Shown: positions 1 to 10,706 of the stretch, in pieces
Position numbering within the stretch: position 1 is the first letter of the stretch
Layout: every line of letters starts with the position of its first letter
DNA from: Nitrosospira multiformis ATCC 25196
Lineage (GTDB): Bacteria; Pseudomonadota; Gammaproteobacteria; Burkholderiales; Nitrosomonadaceae
Length of the DNA stretch: 32,000 nt
Direction: 5' to 3'
Assembly (NCBI RefSeq): GCF_000196355.1
Contig: NC_007614.1
Coordinates: 540,001 to 572,000 of the forward strand
The notes under the pieces: model-generated
The model's database searches: none
What the model was told of the DNA's origin: nothing
Seen by the model: only the letters and a program-made list of their open reading frames with translations
Program-made: the position numbers and the translations under genes

Positions 1-159
1 GCGGGTTCGCATGCCAATACAGTGAATATAGGGCTGGGAGGCTGCAGATCTCCACGCGAACCGGGAGGCTGGTAGCAGGGATAACGGCTATTCTAAATCT
101 AGAAATGGGTTTAGAATGAAACATTCGAGTATTTTGACGGCGCAAGCCAAGGAGCTACT

Positions 160-2055
160 TTGAACAATCTCATTAAAAACATGGCCATCTGGCTGGTGAT
201 TGCTCTTGTGCTGATGACGGTGTTCAATCAGTTCAGTACACGGCAGTCGGGGCAGGCACCGATGGAATATTCCCAGTTCATCGACGAGGTGAAGCAGGGC
301 AGGATCGCCAAAGTAACTATAGAAGGCCGCACGCTGAAGGGTACCAAAACCGATGGCAGACGTTTTACGACGTACACGCCCTCGGACCCATGGATGGTGA
401 GCGACCTGCTTAAGGCAGGCGTCATCATAGATGCCAAGCCGGAGGAAGAACCTTCCCTCCTGATGAATATCTTCGTTTCCTGGTTCCCCATGCTTCTGCT
501 GATCGGGGTATGGATTTTCTTCATGCGGCAGATGCAGGGGGGGGGTCGGGGCGGCGGCGCCTTTTCGTTCGGGAAAAGCAAGGCGCGCATGCTCGACGAA
601 TCCACTAACCAGGTGACGTTTGCCGATGTTGCAGGTTGTGAAGAAGCCAAGGAGGAGGTTTCCGAACTGGTGGAATTCCTGCGCGATCCCAGCAAGTTCC
701 AGAAACTGGGAGGACGTATCCCGCGCGGCGTGTTGATGGTGGGAAATCCGGGTACGGGTAAGACGCTCCTGGCGCGTGCTATTGCCGGTGAAGCCAAGGT
801 ACCCTTCTTCAGTATCTCCGGCTCCGATTTTGTGGAAATGTTTGTGGGGGTAGGTGCAGCCAGAGTGCGCGATATGTTCGAGCAAGCGAAGAAGCATGCT
901 CCCTGCATTATTTTCATCGACGAGATCGACGCGGTCGGGCGTCAGCGTGGCGCGGGTCTCGGTGGTGGAAACGATGAACGCGAACAGACGCTCAATCAGT
1001 TGCTGGTGGAAATGGATGGTTTCGAAGGCACTGCGGGTGTGATTGTCATCGCAGCTACCAACCGTCCGGATGTGCTCGACCCTGCGCTGTTGCGTCCCGG
1101 CCGTTTCGACCGGCAGGTGACGGTGCCGCTCCCCGATATCCGTGGCCGTGAGCAGATATTGCATGTCCATATGCGCAAAGTGCCGATCGCGCCCGATGTG
1201 CATGCCGAAACCCTCGCCCGCGGAACCCCGGGGATGTCCGGAGCCGACCTCGCCAATCTGGTGAATGAGGCGGCCCTGTTTGCTGCGCGCAGCAACAAGC
1301 GGCTCGTCGACATGGAGGATTTCGAGCGGGCCAAGGACAAGATCTTCATGGGTGCAGAACGCAAATCCGTTCTGATGCCGGAGCGTGAGCGGCGCAACAC
1401 TGCCTATCATGAATCCGGGCACGCGGTGGTTGCCCAATTGCTACCCAAGACCGATCCGGTGCACAAGGTTTCCATTATCCCGCGGGGGCGGGCACTGGGT
1501 GTGACCATGCAACTGCCGACCGAAGACCGTTTCAGTATGGACCGTGAGGAAATCCTGCAGAATATTGCGGTTCTGTTCGGGGGGCGTATCGCGGAGGAAG
1601 TCTTCATGGGCCAGATGACGACTGGCGCATCCAATGATTTCGAGCGTGCGACAGAGATGGCGAGACGCATGGTCACCCAATGGGGCATGTCTGATTCGCT
1701 TGGCCCGATGGTTTATGGCGAGAACGAGGGAGAAGTGTTTCTGGGCCGTTCCGTCACAACCCACAAGAATGTCAGTGAAGCGACCATGCAGAAGGTGGAT
1801 ATAGAAATTCGCCGCATCATCGACACGCAGTACAGCCTGGCGCGCAAGCTGATCGAAGAAAACCGCGACAAGATCGAGGTTATGGCCAAAGCGTTGCTGG
1901 AATGGGAAACCATAGACGCGGAGCAAATCGGCGATATCATGGAAGGCCGTACGCCCCGGCCTCCCAAGCCAAGCAGGACTGCTCCAACGCCGCCCAAGGA
2001 TAATGCGCCCCCCGCGGCCCCGGCGCCTACAGCGACACCCGCGCAGGAAGCTTAG
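160..2055 (+). CDS. ftsH: ATP-dependent zinc metalloprotease FtsH, TTG start
   Basis: 631 aa ORF with N-terminal TM segment, Walker [12 protein letters not shown], and HESGH zinc-protease motif (HExxH); AAGGAG ribosome-binding site just upstream of TTG; ftsH-folP-glmM order is conserved. Confidence 0.98.
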   Translation: MNNLIKNMAIWLVIALVLMTVFNQFSTRQSGQAPMEYSQFIDEVKQGRIAKVTIEGRTLKGTKTDGRRFTTYTPSDPWMVSDLLKAGVIIDAKPEEEPSLLMNIFVSWFPMLLLIGVWIFFMRQMQGGGRGGGAFSFGKSKARMLDESTNQVTFADVAGCEEAKEEVSELVEFLRDPSKFQKLGGRIPRGVLMVGNPGTGKTLLARAIAGEAKVPFFSISGSDFVEMFVGVGAARVRDMFEQAKKHAPCIIFIDEIDAVGRQRGAGLGGGNDEREQTLNQLLVEMDGFEGTAGVIVIAATNRPDVLDPALLRPGRFDRQVTVPLPDIRGREQILHVHMRKVPIAPDVHAETLARGTPGMSGADLANLVNEAALFAARSNKRLVDMEDFERAKDKIFMGAERKSVLMPERERRNTAYHESGHAVVAQLLPKTDPVHKVSIIPRGRALGVTMQLPTEDRFSMDREEILQNIAVLFGGRIAEEVFMGQMTTGASNDFERATEMARRMVTQWGMSDSLGPMVYGENEGEVFLGRSVTTHKNVSEATMQKVDIEIRRIIDTQYSLARKLIEENRDKIEVMAKALLEWETIDAEQIGDIMEGRTPRPPKPSRTAPTPPKDNAPPAAPAPTATPAQEA

Positions 2056-2087
2056 GCAAGGAAGTTACTGTTGAACAGTAAACAATG

Positions 2088-2169
2088 AAAAAGGCGGGTT
2101 CGTCCCGTCTTTTTCATCCGTCTTTTTTGTCCTGTCTTTTTCATTCCATCTTTTTCATCCCGCCTTTTT
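2088..2169 (+). terminator. Terminator region downstream of ftsH with alternative hairpins in a T-rich repeat
   Basis: AAAAAGGCGGG (2088-2098) can pair with adjacent CCCGTCTTTTT or with the exact complement CCCGCCTTTTT (2159-2169). Confidence 0.65.
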
Positions 2170-2213
2170 CCGGTTCATAGAAAAGAAAATTCCTCCGTAA
2201 TGGGTGAATCCCG

Positions 2214-3119
2214 GTGTCACCATCTTCTATTCCGCCTGTAGAAATTTTCAGGCTCTCTCATCGCCCTCTTGTGATGGGCGTTGTCAATATAACTCCTGAC
2301 TCCTTTTCGGATGGCGGCTTGTTCGCTTCAACCGACCATGCCTTGAACCATGCTTTCCATTTGATGGAAGAAGGGGCGGATCTGCTGGACGTCGGCGGTG
2401 AATCAACGCGCCCTGGCAGCACCCCGGTTTTTGTCGAAGAGGAATTACGTCGGATTCTCCCGGTAGTGGAAGAACTGGCAAATCAGAATGTGCGGGTTTC
2501 GGTCGACACTTCCAAACCCGAAGTCATGCGCGCTGCCATCGCCGCGGGGGCCGTGATGATTAACGATGTGAGGGCACTCCAGATGCCGGGTGCGCTGGAG
2601 GCGGTCGCAGAAGGAGGTGTGATGGCTTGCCTCATGCATATGCAGGGTGAACCCGCTAATATGCAGGTCAATCCCCAATATGATGATGTAGTGCAGGATG
2701 TCAAGGTTTTTCTGAAGCGGCGGGTGGAGGCTGCCCAAGCCGCAGGTATTCCGCGGGAGCGGCTGGTAGTCGATCCGGGCTTTGGTTTTGGTAAAAACCA
2801 GGTTCATAATATCGAGCTATTACGGCATCTCGATCAGTTTATCGATCTTGGAGTACCGGTACTGGTAGGTCTCTCGCGCAAATCGATGCTGGGAAAAATC
2901 ACGGGCAGTGACATAAATAACCGGATTCATGCCAGCATAGCGGCAGCGCTGATCGCGGCTATGAAGGGTGCGGCCATCCTCCGTGTGCATGACGTCCGGG
3001 CAACCCGGGATGCGCTCGCTGTTTACAATGCGGTTTACGACCGGGGCTCTGCACGGGAGAATGCATCATCGCTCACTTCACGGTGGAAACCCTCAGTTGA
3101 ATTCAATTCATTTCGATAA
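2214..3119 (+). CDS. folP: Dihydropteroate synthase, GTG start
   Basis: 301 aa; [16 protein letters not shown] and GGESTRPGS motifs; located between ftsH and glmM. Confidence 0.97.
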   Translation: MSPSSIPPVEIFRLSHRPLVMGVVNITPDSFSDGGLFASTDHALNHAFHLMEEGADLLDVGGESTRPGSTPVFVEEELRRILPVVEELANQNVRVSVDTSKPEVMRAAIAAGAVMINDVRALQMPGALEAVAEGGVMACLMHMQGEPANMQVNPQYDDVVQDVKVFLKRRVEAAQAAGIPRERLVVDPGFGFGKNQVHNIELLRHLDQFIDLGVPVLVGLSRKSMLGKITGSDINNRIHASIAAALIAAMKGAAILRVHDVRATRDALAVYNAVYDRGSARENASSLTSRWKPSVEFNSFR

Positions 3120-3136
3120 ACAATGGTTTTCTTCCA

Positions 3137-4528
3137 ATGACAAGAAAATATTTTGGAACTGACGGCATACGCGGACGCGTAGGTGAAGCGCCTATCACGC
3201 CCGAATTCGTGATACATCTGGGTTATTCTGCGGGCAAGGTTCTGACCTCCTCGGATTGGCATCTTTCAAAAGGAGAGCGCCCGGCAGTATTGATCGGCAA
3301 GGATACACGCATATCAGGCTATATGCTGGAATCAGCCTTGCAGGCGGGGCTTTCCGCAGCCGGAGTGGATGTTCTGCTTTCGGGGCCTATGCCCACTCCT
3401 GCGGTTGCCTATCTCACCCGGGCCCTGCGTTTGCAGGCGGGCATCGTCATTTCGGCTTCCCACAATCCTTTCGAGGATAACGGCATCAAGTTTTTTTCTG
3501 CCCTCGGCGCCAAATTACCCGATGCGACCGAACAGGAGATTGAAGCGGGATTGAATGCGCCTCTCAAGGCAATGCCGTCGGCGCAGCTCGGAAAAGCGCG
3601 GCGCGTTAATGACGCCAGAGGACGCTATATCGAGTTCTGCAAAAGCACTTTTCCAAATCACCTCGATCTGCGGGGACTGCGGGTCGTGGTCGATTGCGCC
3701 CATGGCGCCACTTATCAGATTGCCGGTCCCGTATTGCACGAATTGGGCGCCGAAGTAGTTGCGATTGGAATCCATCCCGATGGTCTCAATATCAATCACG
3801 AGTGTGGGGCAACGCATGGAGCGGCCCTGCAGGAAGCTGTCCGGCACCATCGGGCAGATATCGGAGTGGCATTGGATGGGGATGGTGATCGCGTAATCAT
3901 GACCGATGGCGAGGGCATGCTTTACGACGGCGACCAGTTGATCTACCTCGTCGCGAAACATCGAAAACAAAACGGGCTGCTCAAGGGGGGGGTGGCGGGG
4001 ACGCTCATGACGAATCTGGCGATTGAAAACGGGTTAAAGAAACTGGATATTCCTTTTGCGCGCGCGAATGTCGGCGATCGCTATGTGCTGGAACTGCTGC
4101 AGATAAAAAACTGGCAGCTGGGCGGCGAAGGTTCCGGCCATATTATCTGCCTCGACAAACATACTACCGGTGACGGAATCATTTCGGCACTACAGGTACT
4201 CTACGCGATGCGTGATTCCGGCAAGACCTTGACCGAGCTCGCATCAGACGTGACGCTCTATCCGCAACAACTCATCAATGTCAGGGTACCCAAGGGATTT
4301 GATGCGCACAACAGTCTTGCCATCAAAACCGCTCAAGCAGAGGCCGAACGCGATCTCGATACTACGGGCCGGGTGCTTCTGCGTGCTTCGGGTACGGAAC
4401 CCTTGATAAGAGTAATGGTAGAGGGCGAGTCCGGGCAGAAAGTCAAGCACTGGGCGGAGAAAATAGCGGAAGTTGTGCGAAATGCGGCGGCAGGCGAGAG
4501 ATCGGTTGAAAAGGCGCTGCCGAACTGA
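3137..4528 (+). CDS. glmM: Phosphoglucosamine mutase
   Basis: 463 aa; N-terminus [16 protein letters not shown], active-site [16 protein letters not shown], metal-binding DGDGDR. Confidence 0.98.
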   Translation: MTRKYFGTDGIRGRVGEAPITPEFVIHLGYSAGKVLTSSDWHLSKGERPAVLIGKDTRISGYMLESALQAGLSAAGVDVLLSGPMPTPAVAYLTRALRLQAGIVISASHNPFEDNGIKFFSALGAKLPDATEQEIEAGLNAPLKAMPSAQLGKARRVNDARGRYIEFCKSTFPNHLDLRGLRVVVDCAHGATYQIAGPVLHELGAEVVAIGIHPDGLNINHECGATHGAALQEAVRHHRADIGVALDGDGDRVIMTDGEGMLYDGDQLIYLVAKHRKQNGLLKGGVAGTLMTNLAIENGLKKLDIPFARANVGDRYVLELLQIKNWQLGGEGSGHIICLDKHTTGDGIISALQVLYAMRDSGKTLTELASDVTLYPQQLINVRVPKGFDAHNSLAIKTAQAEAERDLDTTGRVLLRASGTEPLIRVMVEGESGQKVKHWAEKIAEVVRNAAAGERSVEKALPN

Positions 4529-4725
4529 ATCAAAGGACATCTTGCTCCCTCTTCCCCCCGCCAAAGTTTTTGTCTGCCAGTTCTTTTTGGGAAAACTGAT
4601 TCATGGAGGAATACACCTTATATGCTCTGGTTGCGCTGGCCACAGGATGTCACAAAAACGCAATAATCATGCCCTAGCATGGCAGCTGAAAAAAGCGTGG
4701 TCTGTTTAATTGAACGGGGAATGAA

Positions 4726-5745
4726 ATGTTGAAATCATTGAATCGGATGGGACTGACGCGGGCGGCGGTGCTGGGCGCAGTGTTCGGTGCCACCAATATA
4801 GGTATGATTGCCGGTGCGAATGCCGGGGGCTTGGTTAAGATAGATGGCTCAAGCACCGTTTTTCCCATTACCGAGGCGGTAGCGGAAGATTTTCAGAATG
4901 CGAAGAAAGGGGCGGTAAGAGTAACCGTCGGTATCTCTGGTACCGGGGGAGGTTTCAAAAAATTCTGCCGTGGCGAAACGGACATCGTGAATGCTTCCCG
5001 CCCCATTCTGCAGAAGGAAATGGAGGAATGCAAAAAATCCGGTATCCAGTACGTTGAAATGCCGGTAGCATTCGATGCATTGACGGTGGTGATCAATCCC
5101 AAGAATGACTGGGCAAATACGCTCACCGTGGCTGAGTTGAAGAAGATCTGGGAACCCGAGGCACAAGGTAAAATCACCAAATGGAACCAGGCGAATCCGG
5201 CATGGCCCGATGAAAAACTGAAGCTCTATGGAGCGGGTGCCGATTCGGGTACTTTCGACTACTTTACCGAAGCGATCGTAGGCAAAACCAAATCCAGCCG
5301 AGGAGATTTCACTGCTTCCGAAGATGACAACGTATTGGTGCAAGGGGTCGCCAGCGACAAGAATGCGCTGGGTTTTTTCGGTTTTGCCTACTATGTTGAA
5401 AACCAGAAAAAGCTCAAAGCGGTGGCCATCGATTCGGGAAAGGGCCCTGTGCTCCCCTCTGAAAAAACAGTGGAAGATGGCAGTTATCAGCCTTTGTCCC
5501 GTCCGATTTTCATTTACGTGAATATCAAATCAGCGGAAAAACCAGAGGTCAGGGAACTGGTTGAGTTTTACATGAAAAATGCGCCGACGTTGGTGAAAGA
5601 AGTCAAATTTTTTCCGCTGCCCCCGCAAGCCTATAGCACCAACCTTGAACATCTCAATAAAAAGAAGGTGGGAACCGTATTTGGCGGACGAACAGAAACG
5701 GGTGTAAGGGTAGAAGAATTGCTCGAGCGCGAAGCGAGCTTATAG
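4726..5745 (+). CDS. PstS-family phosphate ABC transporter substrate-binding protein (SphX-like)
   Basis: 339 aa with signal peptide, [37 protein letters not shown]; family features of PstS/SphX proteins. No pstCAB genes adjacent. Confidence 0.88.
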   Translation: MLKSLNRMGLTRAAVLGAVFGATNIGMIAGANAGGLVKIDGSSTVFPITEAVAEDFQNAKKGAVRVTVGISGTGGGFKKFCRGETDIVNASRPILQKEMEECKKSGIQYVEMPVAFDALTVVINPKNDWANTLTVAELKKIWEPEAQGKITKWNQANPAWPDEKLKLYGAGADSGTFDYFTEAIVGKTKSSRGDFTASEDDNVLVQGVASDKNALGFFGFAYYVENQKKLKAVAIDSGKGPVLPSEKTVEDGSYQPLSRPIFIYVNIKSAEKPEVRELVEFYMKNAPTLVKEVKFFPLPPQAYSTNLEHLNKKKVGTVFGGRTETGVRVEELLEREASL

Positions 5746-5808
5746 CAGCAGGTCCAGCCACGGACTCTTGATTCGGGGTTCCCGTTTTGCCCCAAGCACC
5801 CGGGAGTT

Positions 5809-5842
5809 GCGCGGATGATGCCCTGTCCGCGCATTCCTTTTT
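5809..5842 (+). terminator. Rho-independent-like terminator downstream of the pstS-like gene
   Basis: GCGCGGA (5809-5815) / TCCGCGC (5826-5832) 7-bp stem followed by ATTCCTTTTT. Confidence 0.6.
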
Positions 5843-5983
5843 CCGTTCGCCTTGAATTCTTCGCAAAATCCTCTTTAACTCTGGCGCGACCGCTTTTCCG
5901 GCACCTCGCCGTCCCACCCCCGTGCCGCTGAATCCTGTAAAATCAGGGTTTTTAGTCAGTCTTACTTATCAAAGGGAGAAGCC

Positions 5984-7900
5984 GTGGCTGTAGTTCGTTT
6001 GCCGGATGGTTCGGAGCGCGTGTATGAGCATTCTGTAACGGTGGGTGAAGTTGCAGCTTCGATAGGCGCCGGGCTGGCTCGCGCTGCGCTTGCAGGCAAG
6101 GTGAACGGCAAACTGGTTGACCTTTCCGCTCGTATCGAAAATGACAGCGACGTAGCCATCATCACGGAAAAGGATGCGGAAGGGCTCGAGATCATCCGGC
6201 ATTCCAGCGCCCATTTGCTGGCGCATGCGGTGAAAGAATTGTTTCCGGAAGCGCAGGTCACGATTGGACCGGTAATCGAGGACGGATTTTATTACGATTT
6301 TTCCTATAAGCGACCCTTTACCCCCGAAGATCTGGCGGCAATCGAGAAACGCATGGCTGAAATCAGCACGCGCAACCTGAAGGTCGAGCGCCAGGTTTGG
6401 GATCGATCCGAGGCAATCAATTTTTTCAAGAACCAGGGCGAACACTATAAGGCGCAGATCATCGAAGCCATTCCCGGCGATGAGGACGTTTCCCTGTATT
6501 CTCAGGGAAATTTTACCGATTTATGCCGCGGTCCCCACGTCCCGGCCACATCCCGTCTGAAGGTTTTCAAGCTGATGAAGCTTGCAGGCGCCTATTGGCG
6601 TGGGGATTCGCATAACGAAATGCTGCAGCGGATCTATGGCACCGCATGGACCAATAAAGACGATCAGAACGCCTATCTGCGCCGTCTTGAAGAGGCGGAG
6701 AAACGCGATCACCGCAAGCTCGGCAAGCAACTGGGTCTGTTTCACCTTCAGGAAGAAGCGCCTGGAATGGTGTTCTGGCACCCGAAGGGATGGGTCGTCT
6801 GGCAGCAGGTCGAACAGTACATGCGGGACATCTTTCGTAATAACGGCTATCTCGAAATCCGCACGCCCTCCGTACTGGACAAGGGTTTGTGGGAGCGTTC
6901 CGGACACTGGGAAAACTTCCGCGAGAACATGTTCGTGACGCAGGCCGAAGATCGGGAATTTTCCGTCAAGCCGATGAATTGTCCGGGGCATGTGCAGGTG
7001 TTCAAGCAGGGGCTGAAAAGTTATCGCGACCTGCCGCTCCGGCTCGCGGAATTCGGTTCCTGTCACCGTAACGAGCCCTCCGGAGCGCTGCACGGGATCA
7101 TGCGGGTGCGAGCGTTCACTCAGGACGACGCTCACATTTTCTGCACTGAGTCCCAGGTGCAAGATGAGGCCGTCCAGTTTATCGATCTGTTGCAGAAGGT
7201 TTACAACGATTTTGGCTTTAATGACATCCTGGTGAAACTTTCCACCCGTCCCGCAAAGCGCGTAGGCTCCGAAGAGCAGTGGGACAAGGCGGAAGAGGCG
7301 CTGCGATCCGCGCTGAATCACAAAAACCTCATCTGGGAACTGCAACCGGGTGAAGGTGCGTTCTACGGACCAAAAATAGAGTTTTCGCTCAAGGATAGTA
7401 TCGGTCGCATCTGGCAGTGCGGCACCTTGCAACTGGATTTTTCCATGCCGGAACGCCTCGGCGCAGAGTTTGTGGCCGAGGATAACTCCCGGCAGATACC
7501 GGTAATGCTTCACCGCGCAATCCTCGGCTCCCTGGAACGTTTTATCGGCATTCTTATCGAAAATCATGCGGGAGCACTGCCGCTATGGTTGTCCCCGGAC
7601 CATGCGGTCGTGCTGAATATCTCGGAAGGGCAGGCCGATTATGCCCGAGAAGTGACCGAAGAACTCAGAAGAGCGGGAATTCGAGCGTATGCGGACTTGA
7701 GAAATGAAAAAATAACTTATAAAATACGGGAGCATAGTCTGCAAAAACTGCCCTATCAAATCATCGTGGGTGATAAGGAAGTGGCAGCCCAGAGAGTGGC
7801 TGTACGTACCCGCAGTGGCTCTGACCTTGGTCAGATGACATTGCCGGCATTGGTGGACCGGCTTAAGGAAGAGATTCGCACCCGGGCGGGGGCGGCCTGA
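5984..7900 (+). CDS. thrS: Threonyl-tRNA synthetase, GTG start
   Basis: 638 aa; TGS domain, [21 protein letters not shown], and anticodon-binding C-terminal domain. Confidence 0.98.
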
Positions 7901-7926
7901 TTTATTAATAGAGTTCGGGAGTTACT

Positions 7927-8532
7927 ATAGTTCAAGAAAAAGCAGCACGCATCAATTACGAGATTACTGCGCCGGAAGTGCGCTTGATTGGTGCGGATGG
8001 AGAGCAGATAGGTATAGTCCCTCTGGCGGTTGCCAATAATCTGGCGGAAGAAGCAGAGGTGGATTTGGTTGAAATCGCCCCTACTGCCAAACCCCCTGTA
8101 TGCCGCCTGATGGATTATGGCAAGTTCAGGTATCAGGAAAGCAAGAAAAAGCACGAAGCCAAGCTCAAGCAAAAACAGATTCAGATCAAGGAAGTCAAGT
8201 TTCGTCCCAATACGGACGAGGGTGATTACAACATCAAGCTGCGTAACCTGATCAGTTTTCTGGACGAGGGCGATAAAGCCAAAATTACCCTCCGCTTCCG
8301 CGGGCGGGAAATGGCGCATCAGGAATTTGGAGTGCGGTTGCTGGAGCGGATAAAAGGCGATCTGGAATCGCATGCGATAGTGGAGCAATTTCCCAAAATG
8401 GAGGGACGCCAGATGGTGATGGTGTTATCTCCACGAAAGAAAGAAATAAAGAACTCCAAAGAAGTAAAAACCTCCAACTCAAAGGAAACAAAACCGACGG
8501 CTGATGCCGAAAGCCAGCCCGAGCGGCGCTAG
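7927..8532 (+). CDS. infC: Translation initiation factor IF-3, probable ATA start
   Basis: The ORF track begins at internal GTG 7978. The same frame extends 17 codons upstream as (I)[21 protein letters not shown], the conserved IF3 N-terminus, to ATA 7927 preceded by GGGAG (7917-7921). Confidence 0.9.
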   Translation: MVQEKAARINYEITAPEVRLIGADGEQIGIVPLAVANNLAEEAEVDLVEIAPTAKPPVCRLMDYGKFRYQESKKKHEAKLKQKQIQIKEVKFRPNTDEGDYNIKLRNLISFLDEGDKAKITLRFRGREMAHQEFGVRLLERIKGDLESHAIVEQFPKMEGRQMVMVLSPRKKEIKNSKEVKTSNSKETKPTADAESQPERR

Positions 8533-8760
8533 TGCACTCATTTCCACTGATTTCAGGTTCATCCGGTACCGCGATTTGTACCTGTACCTGCTGGATAGAT
8601 CGGAAGATGCGAGGCTGGGATAGTGTTCAGGATGGGGAGGCAGATATGGTAATTTCCTGTCGGTCTGACACAGTTCATTTCATTGAAAACAAGTGACTCC
8701 AGGGTTTAAAGCGTTCCATTCGGGAACCACCTTGTGTCATGTTAAAGCAGGAGCAAAGTA

Positions 8761-8958
8761 ATGCCAAAGATGAAAACAAAGAGTGGTGCGGCAAAACGTT
8801 TTACGGTGAGGGCAGGCGGTACCGTGAAGCGCTCGCAGGCATTCAAGCGTCATATTCTGACTAAGAAAACGACCAAAAGCAAGCGCCAGTTGCGGGGGTC
8901 CGTAAACGTGCACTTCAGCGATGTGGCGTCGGTGCGCGCCATGATGCCCTACGCATAG
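8761..8958 (+). CDS. rpmI: 50S ribosomal protein L35
   Basis: 65 aa [24 protein letters not shown]..., typical L35, between infC and rplT. Confidence 0.98.
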   Translation: MPKMKTKSGAAKRFTVRAGGTVKRSQAFKRHILTKKTTKSKRQLRGSVNVHFSDVASVRAMMPYA

Positions 8959-8970
8959 GAGGAGACTGAT

Positions 8971-9330
8971 ATGCCAAGAGTGAAACGTGGTGTAACAGCT
9001 CACGCTCGCCACAAGAAAATACTGGACCTGGCGAAAGGTTACCGGGGTCGCCGCAAGAATGTCTATCGCGTAGCGAAGGAAGCGGTGATGAAAGCGGGGC
9101 AATACGCCTATCGCGATCGTCGCCAGAAGAAACGCGAGTTTCGAGCCCTTTGGATCGCCCGTATCAACGCCGCTGCCAGGGAATGCGGTTTGTCGTACAG
9201 CGTGTTCATGAACGGCCTGAAGAAAGCCGAGATCGAGGTGGATCGCAAGGTCCTGGCGGATCTGGCTGTATTCGACAAGCCGGCCTTTGCAAAAATAGCG
9301 GAGCAGGCCAAAGCCAGTTTGGCCATTTAG
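8971..9330 (+). CDS. rplT: 50S ribosomal protein L20
   Basis: 119 aa [28 protein letters not shown]..., typical L20; GGAGGAG upstream. Confidence 0.98.
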   Translation: MPRVKRGVTAHARHKKILDLAKGYRGRRKNVYRVAKEAVMKAGQYAYRDRRQKKREFRALWIARINAAARECGLSYSVFMNGLKKAEIEVDRKVLADLAVFDKPAFAKIAEQAKASLAI

Positions 9331-9397
9331 AAGCGTTTTAGCAAGCCCGGCGTGAACTCGGGGCTTCGTTCGCGCGTTTCCGGGATTAAAAGACTGG

Positions 9398-9435
9398 GAG
9401 GAGGCTAAAGGCAAAAACGCCTGGCCTCCTCTTTT
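9398..9435 (+). terminator. Terminator/attenuator-like hairpin between rplT and pheS
   Basis: GAGGAGGC (9398-9405) / GCCTCCTC (9424-9431), inner AGGC/GCCT pairing, followed by TTTT. Confidence 0.75.
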
Positions 9436-9471
9436 CATATGCGGAATCCAATTGATCAAACTGTTATTTGA

Positions 9472-10506
<1,035 letters not shown>

Positions 10507-10706
10507 AACCACGGATCAGGAATATAAAAAGAAAAAATATAAAAAATCCCACGAAAAATAATGCAGGTGACATGCAACGGGATTCGGGGCCCTTAAGGGT
10601 GACTGCGGAGCGATCTTTCGGTGGAAGGGTCAGTGTATGGGAAGAGTATCCAAGGCTGGATACAAGACCTGCGACACGTTCCTTTCCCTGCTGAACGGTA
10701 AAATTT

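Noticed and set aside
88-1437. 449-aa minus-strand ORF antisense to ftsH
   Set aside because: Shadow ORF over a strongly conserved gene; composition reflects the reverse complement of ftsH, with no recognisable domain.
4640-4725. Possible Pho box upstream of the pstS-like gene (GATGTCACAAAAACGCAATAATCAT)
   Set aside because: Only a weak match to direct CTGTCAT repeats; insufficient without motif scoring.
6521-7567. 348-aa minus-strand ORF antisense to thrS
   Set aside because: Shadow of thrS in high-GC coding sequence; no independent support.
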